NCBI GenBank assembly: GCA_944380405.1
Contig: CALWHO010000181.1
Span: 74 to 64,073, forward strand
DNA: 64,000 bases
Source: an uncultured Lachnospiraceae bacterium
Lineage (GTDB): Bacteria; Bacillota; Clostridia; Lachnospirales; Anaerotignaceae
Direction of reading: 5' to 3'
A program made the position numbers and the translations under genes. Below, one piece after another: positions 27,738 to 37,486 of the stretch; position 1 is the first letter of the stretch; each line of letters begins with the position of its first letter. The notes under the pieces were generated by a model, which was given only the letters and a program-made list of their open reading frames with translations, had not been told where the DNA came from and did no database searches.

Positions 27738-28643
27738 TTATTCTGCTTTGTTTTCTTCTGAAGCTGGAGCTTCCTCACTCTTCTGAGCTTCAGAAGCCTT
27801 AGCTGCTGCTTCTTCCTGAGCTTTTTTAGCCTTCATAGCTTCAATTCTTGGGTTGTAGATTACGTTCTTTGGACACTTCATTGCACAAAGACCGCAGTCT
27901 TTACATTTGCTGTAATCGATAGTAGCGATGTTGTTTTCAACATGGATAGCATCGAAGTTACAAGCCTTTTCACATATCTTACAGCCAATACAGCCTACAG
28001 AGCAGTTAGCGATAACTGTCTTGCCCATATCTTTTGAGCTACAGTTAACAACTGTCTTTTTGCTTTCTGGTTTAAGAGTAATAAGGTGTTTTGGACAAAT
28101 GTTAACACATTTACCACAAGATACACACTTTTCTTCGTCTACAACAGCTATGCCATCAACAATGTGTAAAGCATCAAAAGCACAAACATTTACACAGCTG
28201 CCAAGACCAAGACAACCATATGAGCAGCTCTTTGAACCGCCACCAGCAAGCTGGCTAGCCATTACACAGTCGCTCATACCGAAATATTCATATTTAGATT
28301 TAGCGTTTGAACATGTACCATTACAGTTAACATGTGCAACCATTTTTTCTGTTTCGCCGGCAGCAACGCCCATAACCTCAGCAATAGCTGCTGCTGATTT
28401 AGCGCCACCTACAGGACAACCGTTAACAGGTGCTGTACCAGCAACGATAGCTGATGCAAGACCACCACAACCTGGGTAACCGCAGCCACCACAGTTTGCA
28501 CCTGGGAGACATTCGAGAACCTGACCGATTCTTGGATCTTCTTCAACTGCAAACACTTTTCCAGCATATCCAAGGCCCGCACCAAAAACAAGACCTAAGC
28601 CGCCGACACTAAGTACCGGATATAAAATACTTGTTATGTCCAT
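27738..28643 (-). CDS. rnfB: Rnf complex subunit B (polyferredoxin)
   Basis: It has an N-terminal TM helix, CGGCGYPGC, and several CxxCxxCxxxCP ferredoxin motifs. It is the last gene of the rnfCDGEAB operon. Confidence 0.9.
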   Translation of the reverse strand: MDITSILYPVLSVGGLGLVFGAGLGYAGKVFAVEEDPRIGQVLECLPGANCGGCGYPGCGGLASAIVAGTAPVNGCPVGGAKSAAAIAEVMGVAAGETEKMVAHVNCNGTCSNAKSKYEYFGMSDCVMASQLAGGGSKSCSYGCLGLGSCVNVCAFDALHIVDGIAVVDEEKCVSCGKCVNICPKHLITLKPESKKTVVNCSSKDMGKTVIANCSVGCIGCKICEKACNFDAIHVENNIATIDYSKCKDCGLCAMKCPKNVIYNPRIEAMKAKKAQEEAAAKASEAQKSEEAPASEENKAE

Positions 28644-28661
28644 TTTTTGTCCTCCTTGTTA

Positions 28662-29234
28662 TTATATTAATCCCTGGAAACCTAAGAATGCAATTGACAT
28701 TAAGCCTGCTGCAACAAGAGCTGTAGGGAATCCTTCAAATGCCTTTGGCATGTTGTTGTACTGAATTCTTTCACGAATACCTGCAAAAAGAACGATTGCT
28801 AAAGCAAAACCAACTGCACCACCAAAACCGTTTAATACAGACTGAAGGAAGTTGTAGTCTCTCTGCATGTTTGTAACAGCAACACCAAGAACAGCACAGT
28901 TTGTTGTAATAAGTGGAAGGTAAACACCAAGTGCCTGATAAAGAGATGGTGAGCTCTTTTTAAGGAACATTTCAACAAGCTGAACGAGAGCTGCTATAAC
29001 AAGAATGAAAGCAATGTTGTAAAGGTATTCAATACCTAAGTTAACTAATATAAGGTTGTAAACAAAATATGTTACGGCAGAAGCAAGAGTCATAACGAAA
29101 ATAACCGCTGCACCCATACCTGCTGCTGTTTCAACTTTCTTTGATACACCAAGGAAAGGGCAGATACCTAAGAACTGTGATAATACATAGTTGTTTACGA
29201 AAATCGCTGCTAAAACTAATAACACGTAACTCAT
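28662..29234 (-). CDS. rnfA: Rnf complex subunit A
   Basis: The 190 aa polytopic protein is an RnfA/NqrE-type paralogue of the adjacent RnfE. Confidence 0.9.
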   Translation of the reverse strand: MSYVLLVLAAIFVNNYVLSQFLGICPFLGVSKKVETAAGMGAAVIFVMTLASAVTYFVYNLILVNLGIEYLYNIAFILVIAALVQLVEMFLKKSSPSLYQALGVYLPLITTNCAVLGVAVTNMQRDYNFLQSVLNGFGGAVGFALAIVLFAGIRERIQYNNMPKAFEGFPTALVAAGLMSIAFLGFQGLI

Positions 29235-29250
29235 TTATTTTCCCCCTCCT

Positions 29251-29850
29251 TTACGCTTTTTTATTTCTGAAGTAATTGAAAAGTGCCATAAGCATACCAA
29301 GAGCGAAGAACGCACCTGGAGCCATTATAAGTATAAGTGTCTGTGGGAATGTTTCAGGAAGTATCTGTACACCAAATGCTGTACCAGCACCAATAAATTC
29401 ACGAACAAGACCAAGTACACAAAGGGCGATAGTGAAACCAAGACCCTGACCAACACCATCAAAGAATGATGCTACTGCACCGTTTTTAGAAGCGAAAGCT
29501 TCAGCGCGGCCAAGAATAATACAGTTAACAACGATAAGTGGTATGTAAAGACCAAGAGCGTTGTAAAGGCTTGATGGAGCATATGCCTGAAGTATAAAGT
29601 CAACTATTGTAACGAAGCTGGCAATAACTACAACGAATGCAGGAATTCTAACCTTATCAGGAATGAAGTTTCTGATAAGAGAGATAACTACGTTAGCACA
29701 GATAAGAACTGCTGCTGTTGAAACACCCATACCAAGACCGTTAATAGCACTACTTGTTACGGCAAGTGTAGGACACATACCGATAACCTGTACGAATGTT
29801 GGGTTTTCATCTATAATACCATTTTTAATTATTTTAAGTGGATTTGCCAT
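29251..29850 (-). CDS. rnfE: Rnf complex subunit E
   Basis: It starts MANPLKIIKNGIIDENP. The ATG at 29850 follows GGAGGTG and overlaps the rnfG stop. Confidence 0.9.
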   Translation of the reverse strand: MANPLKIIKNGIIDENPTFVQVIGMCPTLAVTSSAINGLGMGVSTAAVLICANVVISLIRNFIPDKVRIPAFVVVIASFVTIVDFILQAYAPSSLYNALGLYIPLIVVNCIILGRAEAFASKNGAVASFFDGVGQGLGFTIALCVLGLVREFIGAGTAFGVQILPETFPQTLILIMAPGAFFALGMLMALFNYFRNKKA

Positions 29851-30398
29851 TAATTCGCACCTCCGTTTTCTGCAACCCAAGTAAGAGCTTCATTTACACC
29901 GTCTGTTACGGCTCTTGAAGTAATTGTTGAGCTTGTGATTGCTTTAATCTGACCGCCGTCTTTATCAACAGCAAGAGTTCCGCTTAAACCTTTAAACTGG
30001 TCTGTAAATGCAGGCTCTGTTGCTTTAGCACCAAGACCTGGTGTTTCTGAAAGGCTAAGGATTGTAATACCTGTAACTGTACCGTCAGCAGTTGCACCAA
30101 CCATAGTTGATACAGCACCACCGAAACCACTTGGGTTAACAGTAATTACATAACCTATTGTATTACCGCTAGCATCTTTAGCTTCTGATACAGCTGTAAT
30201 TGTGCCTGTAAATTCAGCACCTTCAACAGCTGCAAATTCTGTTGCATCTGGATAAACCTGAAGCATAGCTGCAGCTTCTGTTTCAGCTGCCTTTGTTGCT
30301 ATAGGACCTGCTGTTATACTCTGTATTACGCCAAGGAGAGCGGCAGCAATAGCTGTGATAATAAGCAGAATAATAGCTGGTTTAGTTATTTCTTTCAT
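29850..30398 (-). CDS. rnfG: Rnf complex subunit G (FMN-binding)
   Basis: It has an N-terminal TM helix and an FMN_bind region (...SGFGG..., TGITIL.. ETPGLG, SSTITSRAV). Confidence 0.9.
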   Translation of the reverse strand: MKEITKPAIILLIITAIAAALLGVIQSITAGPIATKAAETEAAAMLQVYPDATEFAAVEGAEFTGTITAVSEAKDASGNTIGYVITVNPSGFGGAVSTMVGATADGTVTGITILSLSETPGLGAKATEPAFTDQFKGLSGTLAVDKDGGQIKAITSSTITSRAVTDGVNEALTWVAENGGAN

Positions 30399-31351
30399 GC
30401 TTTTTTCGCCTCCTTTGGTAATGCGCCGAATATTGTTGGCTTAGTATATCTTTCAATAAGTGGTACACAGAGGTTCATAATAAGAATTGAGTATGAAACG
30501 CCTTCTGGGTAACCGCCAAAAATTCTGATAAGAGTTGTAAGAAGACCGCAACCCACAGCCATAATAATCTGACCTTTTGCAGTTACAGGGCTTGTAGCAT
30601 AGTCTGTAGCCATGAAGAAAGCACCAAGCATAAGACCACCTGTGCAAAGTTCATAAATAGGCATACGAACACCATTTCTGCCAATAAGAGCTGTAAGCAC
30701 AAATACTGTTACTATGTAGATTACAGGAATTCTCCAGCTGATAACGCCTCTCCAAATGAGGTAGATACCACCGATGATAAGTGCAAGAGCACATGTTTCA
30801 CCAATTGTACCGCCGATGTTTCCAAGGAAAGCATCTGTAAGAGATGGAAGCTGGTCAAAAGAACCTGCTTTTAAAAGTGCAAGTGGTGTAGCTGTTGAAA
30901 CAGCGTCAGCACCTGGTGTTACCCAGCTTGTCATAATAGTTGGGTATGAAGCAAGAAGGAACGCACGACCTGCAAGAGCAGGGTTTACGAAGTTCTGACC
31001 AAGACCACCAAAAAGCTGTTTAGCAATAACGATTGCAAAAACACTACCTACAATTGGCACCCACCAAGGAGCTGATGAAGGAATGTTCATTGCAAGAAGA
31101 AGACCTGTTACTACTGCACTAAGGTCTGAAATTGTAACTTTCTGTTTTGTGCCCTTCTGATAAAGAGCTTCAGCGATAACTGCTGCTGCAATAGAAATCA
31201 CAATAAGCAGCAACGCCTGTAAACGGAAATAAACTATACCCATCACAGTTGCAGGCAAAAGAGCTATTATAACATCACGCATAATGCTCTGTATAGATTC
31301 GCCAGAACGTATATGAGGGGTAGAGGAAATTGTTATATTAGTGTTATCCAT
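30395..31351 (-). CDS. rnfD: Rnf complex subunit D
   Basis: The 318 aa polytopic NqrB/RnfD-family protein has the SGGLMLGAFFMATD-type motif. Confidence 0.9.
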   Translation of the reverse strand: MDNTNITISSTPHIRSGESIQSIMRDVIIALLPATVMGIVYFRLQALLLIVISIAAAVIAEALYQKGTKQKVTISDLSAVVTGLLLAMNIPSSAPWWVPIVGSVFAIVIAKQLFGGLGQNFVNPALAGRAFLLASYPTIMTSWVTPGADAVSTATPLALLKAGSFDQLPSLTDAFLGNIGGTIGETCALALIIGGIYLIWRGVISWRIPVIYIVTVFVLTALIGRNGVRMPIYELCTGGLMLGAFFMATDYATSPVTAKGQIIMAVGCGLLTTLIRIFGGYPEGVSYSILIMNLCVPLIERYTKPTIFGALPKEAKKA

Positions 31352-31370
31352 TTTAAGTTGTCCCCCTTAA

Positions 31371-32756
31371 TTATTTTGCTGCTTCGGCAGCTTTCTTTTC
31401 TGCTTCTGCTTTAGCTCTTGCAGCTGCTGCAGCTGCTGCTTTCTTTCCTGCTTCAATTTTCTTAGTTGCTCTTATAGACTGAGCAAGCTGTCTCTTTGCA
31501 GGACAGATGTATGAACAGCTTCCGCATTCAATACAGTCAAGACCGTGGTTTTTAACAAAACCTTCGCCGTCTCCTCTAAGAATAAGTGCATTAAGCTCAA
31601 GAGGCATAAGACCCATTGGACAGTGGTCAACACATTTACCGCAACGGATACAGTTGCTTTCTTCTGGGATGTATGCTTCTTCTGGAGTTAAGCAAAGAAG
31701 GGCTGAACTTGTTTTAACAGTTGCCACATCTGTTGTATACATTGTAGGACCCATCATAGGACCGCCGGCAATCATTTTTGCAGGAGCAACCTTGAAGCCG
31801 CCAATCTGTTCCATAAGGTCTTTAAATGTCATACCGATACGAATCTGGTAGTTGCCTGGGTTAGCAGGAGCGCCGCCTGTAACTGTAACAACTCTTCTCA
31901 TAATTGGTCTGCCTAAAGCTACTGCGTTGTAGATGCTGATGATAGTGTCAACGTTGTCTACTATGCAGCCTGCTGATGCAGGAAGAGCACCTGAAAGTAC
32001 TTCTCTGCCAGTAATAGCTTTAATAAGATGTTTTTCTGAACCCTGTGGGAATTTAGCCTTAAGAGTAGCTACTTCGATATTAGGAATATCTTTGCAGGCT
32101 TCTTTAAGTTTAGCAATAGCCTCAGGTTTGTTGTCTTCAATACCGATTACGCCTTTTGCTTCTGGGTGAAGTTTAAGAACAATCTGAAGACCTTTTACAA
32201 GCTTATCTGTTTCTTCAAGCATAAGTCTGTAGTCGCATGTAAGATAAGGCTCACATTCTGCTGCATTAACAAGAACGTGGTCAATCTTTGTTCCTGGAGG
32301 TGGAGCAAGCTTAACCTGTGTTGGGAATCCGGCACCGCCAAGACCTACAACACCGCCTTCTTTAATTGCAGCTAAAATTTCTTCGTTTGTCATTGTAGTA
32401 TAGTCTCTTTGGGCCATACCTTCGTATTCTGTCATAAGTCCATCGTTTTTAATAACGATAGATGGGCTCATAGCACCGCCAGGTGTAAGAACAGGTCTGC
32501 CAACTTCCACAACTTCGCCTGAAATACTAGCGAAAATAGGAGAGCTTACAAAGCCGCCCGCTTCAGCTATCTTCTGTCCCACCTTAACATGGTCACCAAC
32601 CTGCACTATAGGCTGAGCTGGAGCACCTATGTGCTGTGACATTGGGAAAAACAGTTCTGAGTTTTCCTTTGGGAGTATCACTTTAATAGGTATATCTTTT
32701 GTTAAAGCTTTTCCATCTGGTGGATGAACTCCCCTTTTGAACGTTAAAGTTTCCAT
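31371..32756 (-). CDS. rnfC: Rnf complex subunit C
   Basis: The 461 aa protein has GLGGAGFPT and two CxxCGxCxxxCP clusters, plus an Ala/Lys-rich tail. Confidence 0.9.
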   Translation of the reverse strand: METLTFKRGVHPPDGKALTKDIPIKVILPKENSELFFPMSQHIGAPAQPIVQVGDHVKVGQKIAEAGGFVSSPIFASISGEVVEVGRPVLTPGGAMSPSIVIKNDGLMTEYEGMAQRDYTTMTNEEILAAIKEGGVVGLGGAGFPTQVKLAPPPGTKIDHVLVNAAECEPYLTCDYRLMLEETDKLVKGLQIVLKLHPEAKGVIGIEDNKPEAIAKLKEACKDIPNIEVATLKAKFPQGSEKHLIKAITGREVLSGALPASAGCIVDNVDTIISIYNAVALGRPIMRRVVTVTGGAPANPGNYQIRIGMTFKDLMEQIGGFKVAPAKMIAGGPMMGPTMYTTDVATVKTSSALLCLTPEEAYIPEESNCIRCGKCVDHCPMGLMPLELNALILRGDGEGFVKNHGLDCIECGSCSYICPAKRQLAQSIRATKKIEAGKKAAAAAAARAKAEAEKKAAEAAK

Positions 32757-33179
32757 AGTATCCCCCTCTGTTTTTTAGATTTTTGCATATGTCTTTGCAT
32801 ATACAAATTATATAGGTTTAAGTTAATAAATGAGTAATATAACTGCATAAACCGACTACTATTTTCACGTTCACCCAATAGACGCCAGTTTAAAATTAAC
32901 ATTACTTATTTTAATACAAAATAAAATATATAACAACACTTTTTATTATTTTTTGATAAAAAAATACTTTTTCTAAATAAGCGTCAAGTAAATCACCCTT
33001 TTACATAATTTTTAATATGCAATTTTCATATCTTTTATGTCTTACTTGTACCCCTTTTCACAATAAAAGTTTACTACTTTTATATAAAAGTGTAAACTTG
33101 AAATATTATTCACTTATTGAATTTTATGTAATTTAACACACTGCAATTTGGTAATAATATCAAATAAAGTAATAAAATA

Positions 33180-33208
33180 TTTAAATATATGTAAAAATGT
33201 AGTATAAT
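33180..33208 (+). promoter_or_regulatory. candidate sigma-A promoter of rpoN
   Basis: TTTAAA, a 17 nt spacer and TATAAT, about 35 nt upstream of the rpoN ATG. Confidence 0.3.
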
Positions 33209-33242
33209 TGTATTTGTTGGTAAAAAATAGGGAGGTGAAAAC

Positions 33243-34601
33243 ATGGATTTATCACTTAGCACCAGTCAAAAACTGCTTTTGTCCCAAAAAATGCTTCAGT
33301 CCACAGAAATACTGCAAATGAGCTCTGCAGAGCTTTTAGACTATGTAAAAGAAGCCTCTGTTGAAAATCCTGTTATGGAGCTGGAAGATAAGCATGACGA
33401 TAACGAAAAGTTTGACTTGCTTAAACGCAAAATAGACTACATAGAAGCCAGTGATGAGCAAAACAGAACATTCTACACCCAGGAAAAAGACGATGAAGAC
33501 GAAAATGATGACTGGAAATTTAAGCAAAATCCTGGACAAACCCTTGAGGAATACCTCTCCGAACAGCTGGAAGTTCTTCCTCTTGATAAAAAAAGCATGT
33601 CTATAGGTCATTATATAATAGGCTGTATAAACGGCAACGGATACCTTGATGTCAGTGCCGAAGAGATAGCTAAAAGCCTTAAAACAGACATTTCACAAAT
33701 CCAAAGAGTACTTGATATTATTAAAAAGTTTGAGCCAACAGGGGTAGGTGCTTCAAACTTAAAAGAATGTCTTAATATGCAGCTTGATAAAATAGGCTGT
33801 ACAAACGAAACAACACGTGCAATTATAAACGATTATCTTGAGCTTCTTGGCAAAAACCAGATACATATTATCGCAAAAAAACTCAAAAAAACTACAGAAG
33901 AAGTTATAGACGCTGCCTGTATTATTAAAAACTTAAATCCAAAACCAGGCAATAGCTTCGATAGCGGCAAAAGCCTTGATTATATAGTGCCTGATGCCCT
34001 TGTAGTTGAAAAAGACGGAAATTTTGAAATTATATTAAACGATTCATATCTTCCTAATATTTCAATCAATAGTTTCTATAAATCAATAATAAAAACAAGT
34101 AATGATACAGAAGCAAAGGAATATGTTTCACAAAAAATTCAGCAGGCTGAATGGATTATGAAATGTATATCTAAAAGAAGCTCCACATTAAGAAATACAC
34201 TTGAAGTAATAGTTGACTTCCAAAAGGACTTCTTTTCAAAAGGCAACGGAAATCTTAAACCTATGTGCCTTAATGACGCAGCATCTATACTTGGCGTACA
34301 TGAATCAACAATAAGCCGTGCCGTAAAGGATAAATACCTTCAGTGCAGACATGGTATATTCCCTCTTAACTATTTCTTTAAGGCGGCAGTGCCTACAAGC
34401 ACATCTTCTGAAGGCGTAACATCAGAAAAAATAAAACTGATGATTAAAGAAATAATTGAAAATGAAGATAAATCATCACCTTTAAGCGATAGAGCAATAA
34501 CAGAAAAGCTTAACGAAGAAGGCGTTGATATTTCAAGAAGAACAGTTGCAAAATATAGAGAAAGTATGGGAATACTTGGCACAAGCGGCAGAAAGAATTA
34601 A
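33243..34601 (+). CDS. rpoN: RNA polymerase sigma-54 factor
   Basis: The 452 aa protein has an N-terminal Gln/Leu-rich region, a core-binding domain, and a C-terminal HTH with an RpoN-box-like region (HESTISRAV...ARRTVAKYR-type). Confidence 0.9.
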   Translation: MDLSLSTSQKLLLSQKMLQSTEILQMSSAELLDYVKEASVENPVMELEDKHDDNEKFDLLKRKIDYIEASDEQNRTFYTQEKDDEDENDDWKFKQNPGQTLEEYLSEQLEVLPLDKKSMSIGHYIIGCINGNGYLDVSAEEIAKSLKTDISQIQRVLDIIKKFEPTGVGASNLKECLNMQLDKIGCTNETTRAIINDYLELLGKNQIHIIAKKLKKTTEEVIDAACIIKNLNPKPGNSFDSGKSLDYIVPDALVVEKDGNFEIILNDSYLPNISINSFYKSIIKTSNDTEAKEYVSQKIQQAEWIMKCISKRSSTLRNTLEVIVDFQKDFFSKGNGNLKPMCLNDAASILGVHESTISRAVKDKYLQCRHGIFPLNYFFKAAVPTSTSSEGVTSEKIKLMIKEIIENEDKSSPLSDRAITEKLNEEGVDISRRTVAKYRESMGILGTSGRKN

Positions 34602-34632
34602 AAAAACACGATTAAAAAATCGTGTTTTTTGT
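34602..34632. terminator. bidirectional terminator between rpoN and recO
   Basis: aaaaaacacgatt-aaaa-aatcgtgtttttt. Confidence 0.7.
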
Positions 34633-34634
34633 TT

Positions 34635-35387
34635 TTATAATATACTTTCGCATTTTTTAACGAAATCAAGTGTTTTTAAGTTGTCGCACATATGTATTTT
34701 TATAAAAATTTCAAATATATCAAAAAGCTCTTTTCTTACACTTTCAGAAATCTCAAAATTAAACATTTTTCTTCCAAAATTTCCTATTATATATTCAATG
34801 GCTTTTTTGGCTCCTGATGAAAGCCTTTTGCTGTCAAAAATATTATCTTTGCAGTTTTTGCATATAAATCCGCCGCTTTTACAGCTGAAATAATCCATGT
34901 TTTCGTTATATTCTCCACAGCTTGTACATACATTATCAATATCAAGTAAACCTGAAAGCTGTAAAAACTTAACCTGAAATATAATAGCTGCCGTACTGCT
35001 TTTAATTCTGCCCTTTGCCATAGCCTCCAAAGTCATGTATATAAGCCTTAAAACATCGTTTTCCTCCATGGCTTCCGGTATTGTTTTTTCTACCAGCTCC
35101 AATATATATGACCCGTAAGCAAGCTTTGTAAGGTCTGTTCGTATTTCGTAAAAGCTTTCTACTGCTTCGCCTTGAGATACTGTGTAAAAGTCTCCGCCTT
35201 TAAAAAGAACGTAATTACCATATGTAAAAAGCTGGCATGGGGCTAAGAGCTTGCTTTTTGTATTTTTAGCCCCTTTAGCAAATACATTTATAATGCCCTT
35301 TTCCATGCAAAACAGCTTCAGCCTTAAATTACTCTCTCCTGCATCAACTGTCTTTATTACCATTGCCGAAACTTTTTCCTGTGCCAT
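34635..35387 (-). CDS. recO: DNA repair protein RecO
   Basis: The 250 aa protein has an OB-fold N-terminus, a CxxC...CxxC zinc motif (CTSCGE...CKNC), and era-yqzL-recO synteny. The start is uncertain (35387 or 35363). Confidence 0.8.
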   Translation of the reverse strand: MAQEKVSAMVIKTVDAGESNLRLKLFCMEKGIINVFAKGAKNTKSKLLAPCQLFTYGNYVLFKGGDFYTVSQGEAVESFYEIRTDLTKLAYGSYILELVEKTIPEAMEENDVLRLIYMTLEAMAKGRIKSSTAAIIFQVKFLQLSGLLDIDNVCTSCGEYNENMDYFSCKSGGFICKNCKDNIFDSKRLSSGAKKAIEYIIGNFGRKMFNFEISESVRKELFDIFEIFIKIHMCDNLKTLDFVKKCESIL

Positions 35388-35496
35388 ATTTAAACTCCCT
35401 GCCCTCTTTTGTTTTTTCTTCCTCAAGGGCTTTTTTATATTTTAAATAACTTCTCACATCACCGCTTTTTATAAACTCATTCCAAAAACTGTCCAT
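35344..35496 (-). CDS. yqzL: YqzL-family small protein (50 aa)
   Basis: This gene is not in the ORF track. My hand translation is MDSFWNEFIKSGDVRSYLKYKKALEEEKTKEGREFKYGTGKSFGNGNKDS. It occupies the position between era and recO, as in Bacillus. It has a weak GGTGA RBS, and its 3' end overlaps the annotated recO start. Confidence 0.55.
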   Translation of the reverse strand: MDSFWNEFIKSGDVRSYLKYKKALEEEKTKEGREFKYGTGKSFGNGNKDS

Positions 35497-35577
35497 AATA
35501 ATCACCATTTATTTAAAATTAGTTATTATTATGTTTGTCAGTTGAAAAATTAAAATACTCCTAAAATCTTTCCATAT

Positions 35578-36483
35578 TTAAATCTTTTTGATGTCGTAAC
35601 CAAAATTTTTCAAAAGAAAATCGCTGTCACGCCAGTCTTTTTTAACCTTAACCCAAAGCTGAAGATTTATAGGTGAACCTAAAAGAGCCTCTATGTCGCT
35701 TCTTGCAGCAGCTCCTATTTTTTTAAGCATAGCACCCTGCTTGCCTATTATAATGCCCTTGTGGCTGTCTCTTTCGCAAAATATAGTTGCTTCCACATCA
35801 ACAAGGTCCCTGTTTTCTCTTTTTTTCATGCCCATTATTTCAACTGCTATACCATGAGGTATTTCGTCCTGTAAAAATCTAAGGGCTTTTTCTCTTATAA
35901 TTTCAGAAGCTATCTGTCTTTCAGGCTGGTCTGTAACCATGTCTTCCGGGAAATACTGTGGTCCTTCCGGAAGGTATTTTTTAATAACTTCAAGGAGCCT
36001 GTCTGTATTTTCACCGTTTAAAGCTGATACAGGCACTATTTCCTTAAAGTCATAAAGCTTTCTGTACATGTCTGTTACTTCAAGTATTCTGTCTTTGCCA
36101 ACTGTGTCAACCTTGTTAATAATAAGTATTACAGGTGTTTTTGTGCCTTTAAGCATTTCTATTATGTTTTCGTCTGCTGGAAGTACCTTTGGTGCTGGCT
36201 CAATAAGCATAAGTATTGAGTCTACTTCGCCAAATGTAGTCTGAGCAGCCTTAACCATATAGTTGCCAAGCTTGTGCTTTGGCTTATGTATACCAGGTGT
36301 ATCAATAAATACTACCTGAAAATCGTCTTTAGTAAGTATAGACTGTATTTTGTTTCGTGTTGTCTGTGGCTTTGGTGACATAATAGCTATTTTTTCGCCT
36401 ATAAGACAGTTCATAAGTGTAGATTTTCCAACATTAGGTCTGCCTATTAATGAAACAAAACCAGAATAAAATTTATTTGCCAA
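35578..36483 (-). CDS. era: GTPase Era
   Basis: The G1-G4 motifs GRPNVGKST, DTPG and NKVD are present, with a C-terminal KH domain. Confidence 0.95.
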   Translation of the reverse strand: MANKFYSGFVSLIGRPNVGKSTLMNCLIGEKIAIMSPKPQTTRNKIQSILTKDDFQVVFIDTPGIHKPKHKLGNYMVKAAQTTFGEVDSILMLIEPAPKVLPADENIIEMLKGTKTPVILIINKVDTVGKDRILEVTDMYRKLYDFKEIVPVSALNGENTDRLLEVIKKYLPEGPQYFPEDMVTDQPERQIASEIIREKALRFLQDEIPHGIAVEIMGMKKRENRDLVDVEATIFCERDSHKGIIIGKQGAMLKKIGAAARSDIEALLGSPINLQLWVKVKKDWRDSDFLLKNFGYDIKKI

Positions 36484-36503
36484 ACTCTGTTCCTCCTAAA
36501 AAA

Positions 36504-37064
36504 TCATAAATTATTCATTTCCAAATATTTATCTCGTATTTTTTTCAAATCTTCCCAAGCATGATATTTTTTGCTTGGGTCACGTAAAAGTGCTGACGGA
36601 TGATATGTAGCAATAAAATAATAGCCCTTTTTCTCATACCATATACCGTGCTGAGATGTAATTTTAAAATCAGGGCTTATAATAGCCTTTGCTGCAATTC
36701 TTCCAAGGCAAACTATTATTTTAGGCTCTATAAGTTTAAGCTGATACCTTAAATAATTCATGCATGCACTTTGCTCTTCTTCTTTTGGGTCACGGTTATA
36801 TGGCGGACGGCACTTAACAATGTTTGTTATGTATACATCTTCTCTTTTCATGTCTATGGCTCCAAGCATTTTATCCAGAAGTTTTCCAGCAGGACCAACA
36901 AAAGGCTGACCCTGCAAATCTTCCTGTTCTCCTGGCCCTTCGCCAACAAACATTATTTTTGAATTTTTATTGCCTGTCCCTACAACAACATTTGTCCTTG
37001 TTTCCCAAAGAGGGCATTTTTTGCATGATAAACAGGCACCTTCAAGTATTTCCCATGTTTTCAT
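36504..37064 (-). CDS. family 4 uracil-DNA glycosylase (4Fe-4S)
   Basis: The sequence CxxCxLW...VGEGPGEQED...GPAG is typical of the family. Confidence 0.85.
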   Translation of the reverse strand: MKTWEILEGACLSCKKCPLWETRTNVVVGTGNKNSKIMFVGEGPGEQEDLQGQPFVGPAGKLLDKMLGAIDMKREDVYITNIVKCRPPYNRDPKEEEQSACMNYLRYQLKLIEPKIIVCLGRIAAKAIISPDFKITSQHGIWYEKKGYYFIATYHPSALLRDPSKKYHAWEDLKKIRDKYLEMNNL

Positions 37065-37078
37065 ATTCCATCATCACC

Positions 37079-37459
37079 TTAAAGCTTAAATCCGTGAGGT
37101 ATAAGGTCTTTTATATCCACTTCAAATATTTTTCCGTTGTCGTCTTCAAGAACAACTTTCTTGTCTGCCATAAATTCAAATAAAGCCTGTCTGCACATAC
37201 CGCATGGATATGTGGCTTCACCTGATGATGAAACTATGGCTATTTTCTCAAAATCACGCCTGCCTTCGCTTACAGCCTTAAAAAGAGCCGTTCTTTCAGC
37301 GCATATTGTAACAGGGTATGAGCTGTTTTCTATGTTGCAGCCTGTGTATACGCTGCCATCACTTAAACAAATAGCTGCTCCCACATTAAAATTTGAATAA
37401 GGGGCATAAGAATTTTCCATAGCTTTTTTTGCAATAGCTATAAGCTCTTCGTTTGTCAT
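37079..37459 (-). CDS. cdd: cytidine deaminase
   Basis: The 126 aa protein has the zinc motifs CAER and PCGMCRQ. Confidence 0.9.
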   Translation of the reverse strand: MTNEELIAIAKKAMENSYAPYSNFNVGAAICLSDGSVYTGCNIENSSYPVTICAERTALFKAVSEGRRDFEKIAIVSSSGEATYPCGMCRQALFEFMADKKVVLEDDNGKIFEVDIKDLIPHGFKL

Positions 37460-37486
37460 AACCTCTGCCTCCTTTTTTAAAAAAAC

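Noticed and set aside
27928-28479. Long antisense ORFs inside conserved genes, for example 27928..28479, 6524..7003, 22067..22573, 37641..38189 and 58284..58712.
   Set aside because: They are shadow ORFs opposite strongly conserved genes, with biased low-complexity composition and no RBS.
32782-32802. The direct repeat TTTGCATAT-N3-TTTGCATAT next to the rnfC RBS as a sigma-54 (-24/-12) promoter or operator.
   Set aside because: It lacks the invariant GG of the -24 element. It is on the wrong strand and at the wrong distance for rpoN, and it lies inside the rnfC 5' UTR. It may be a binding site, but I have no support for that.
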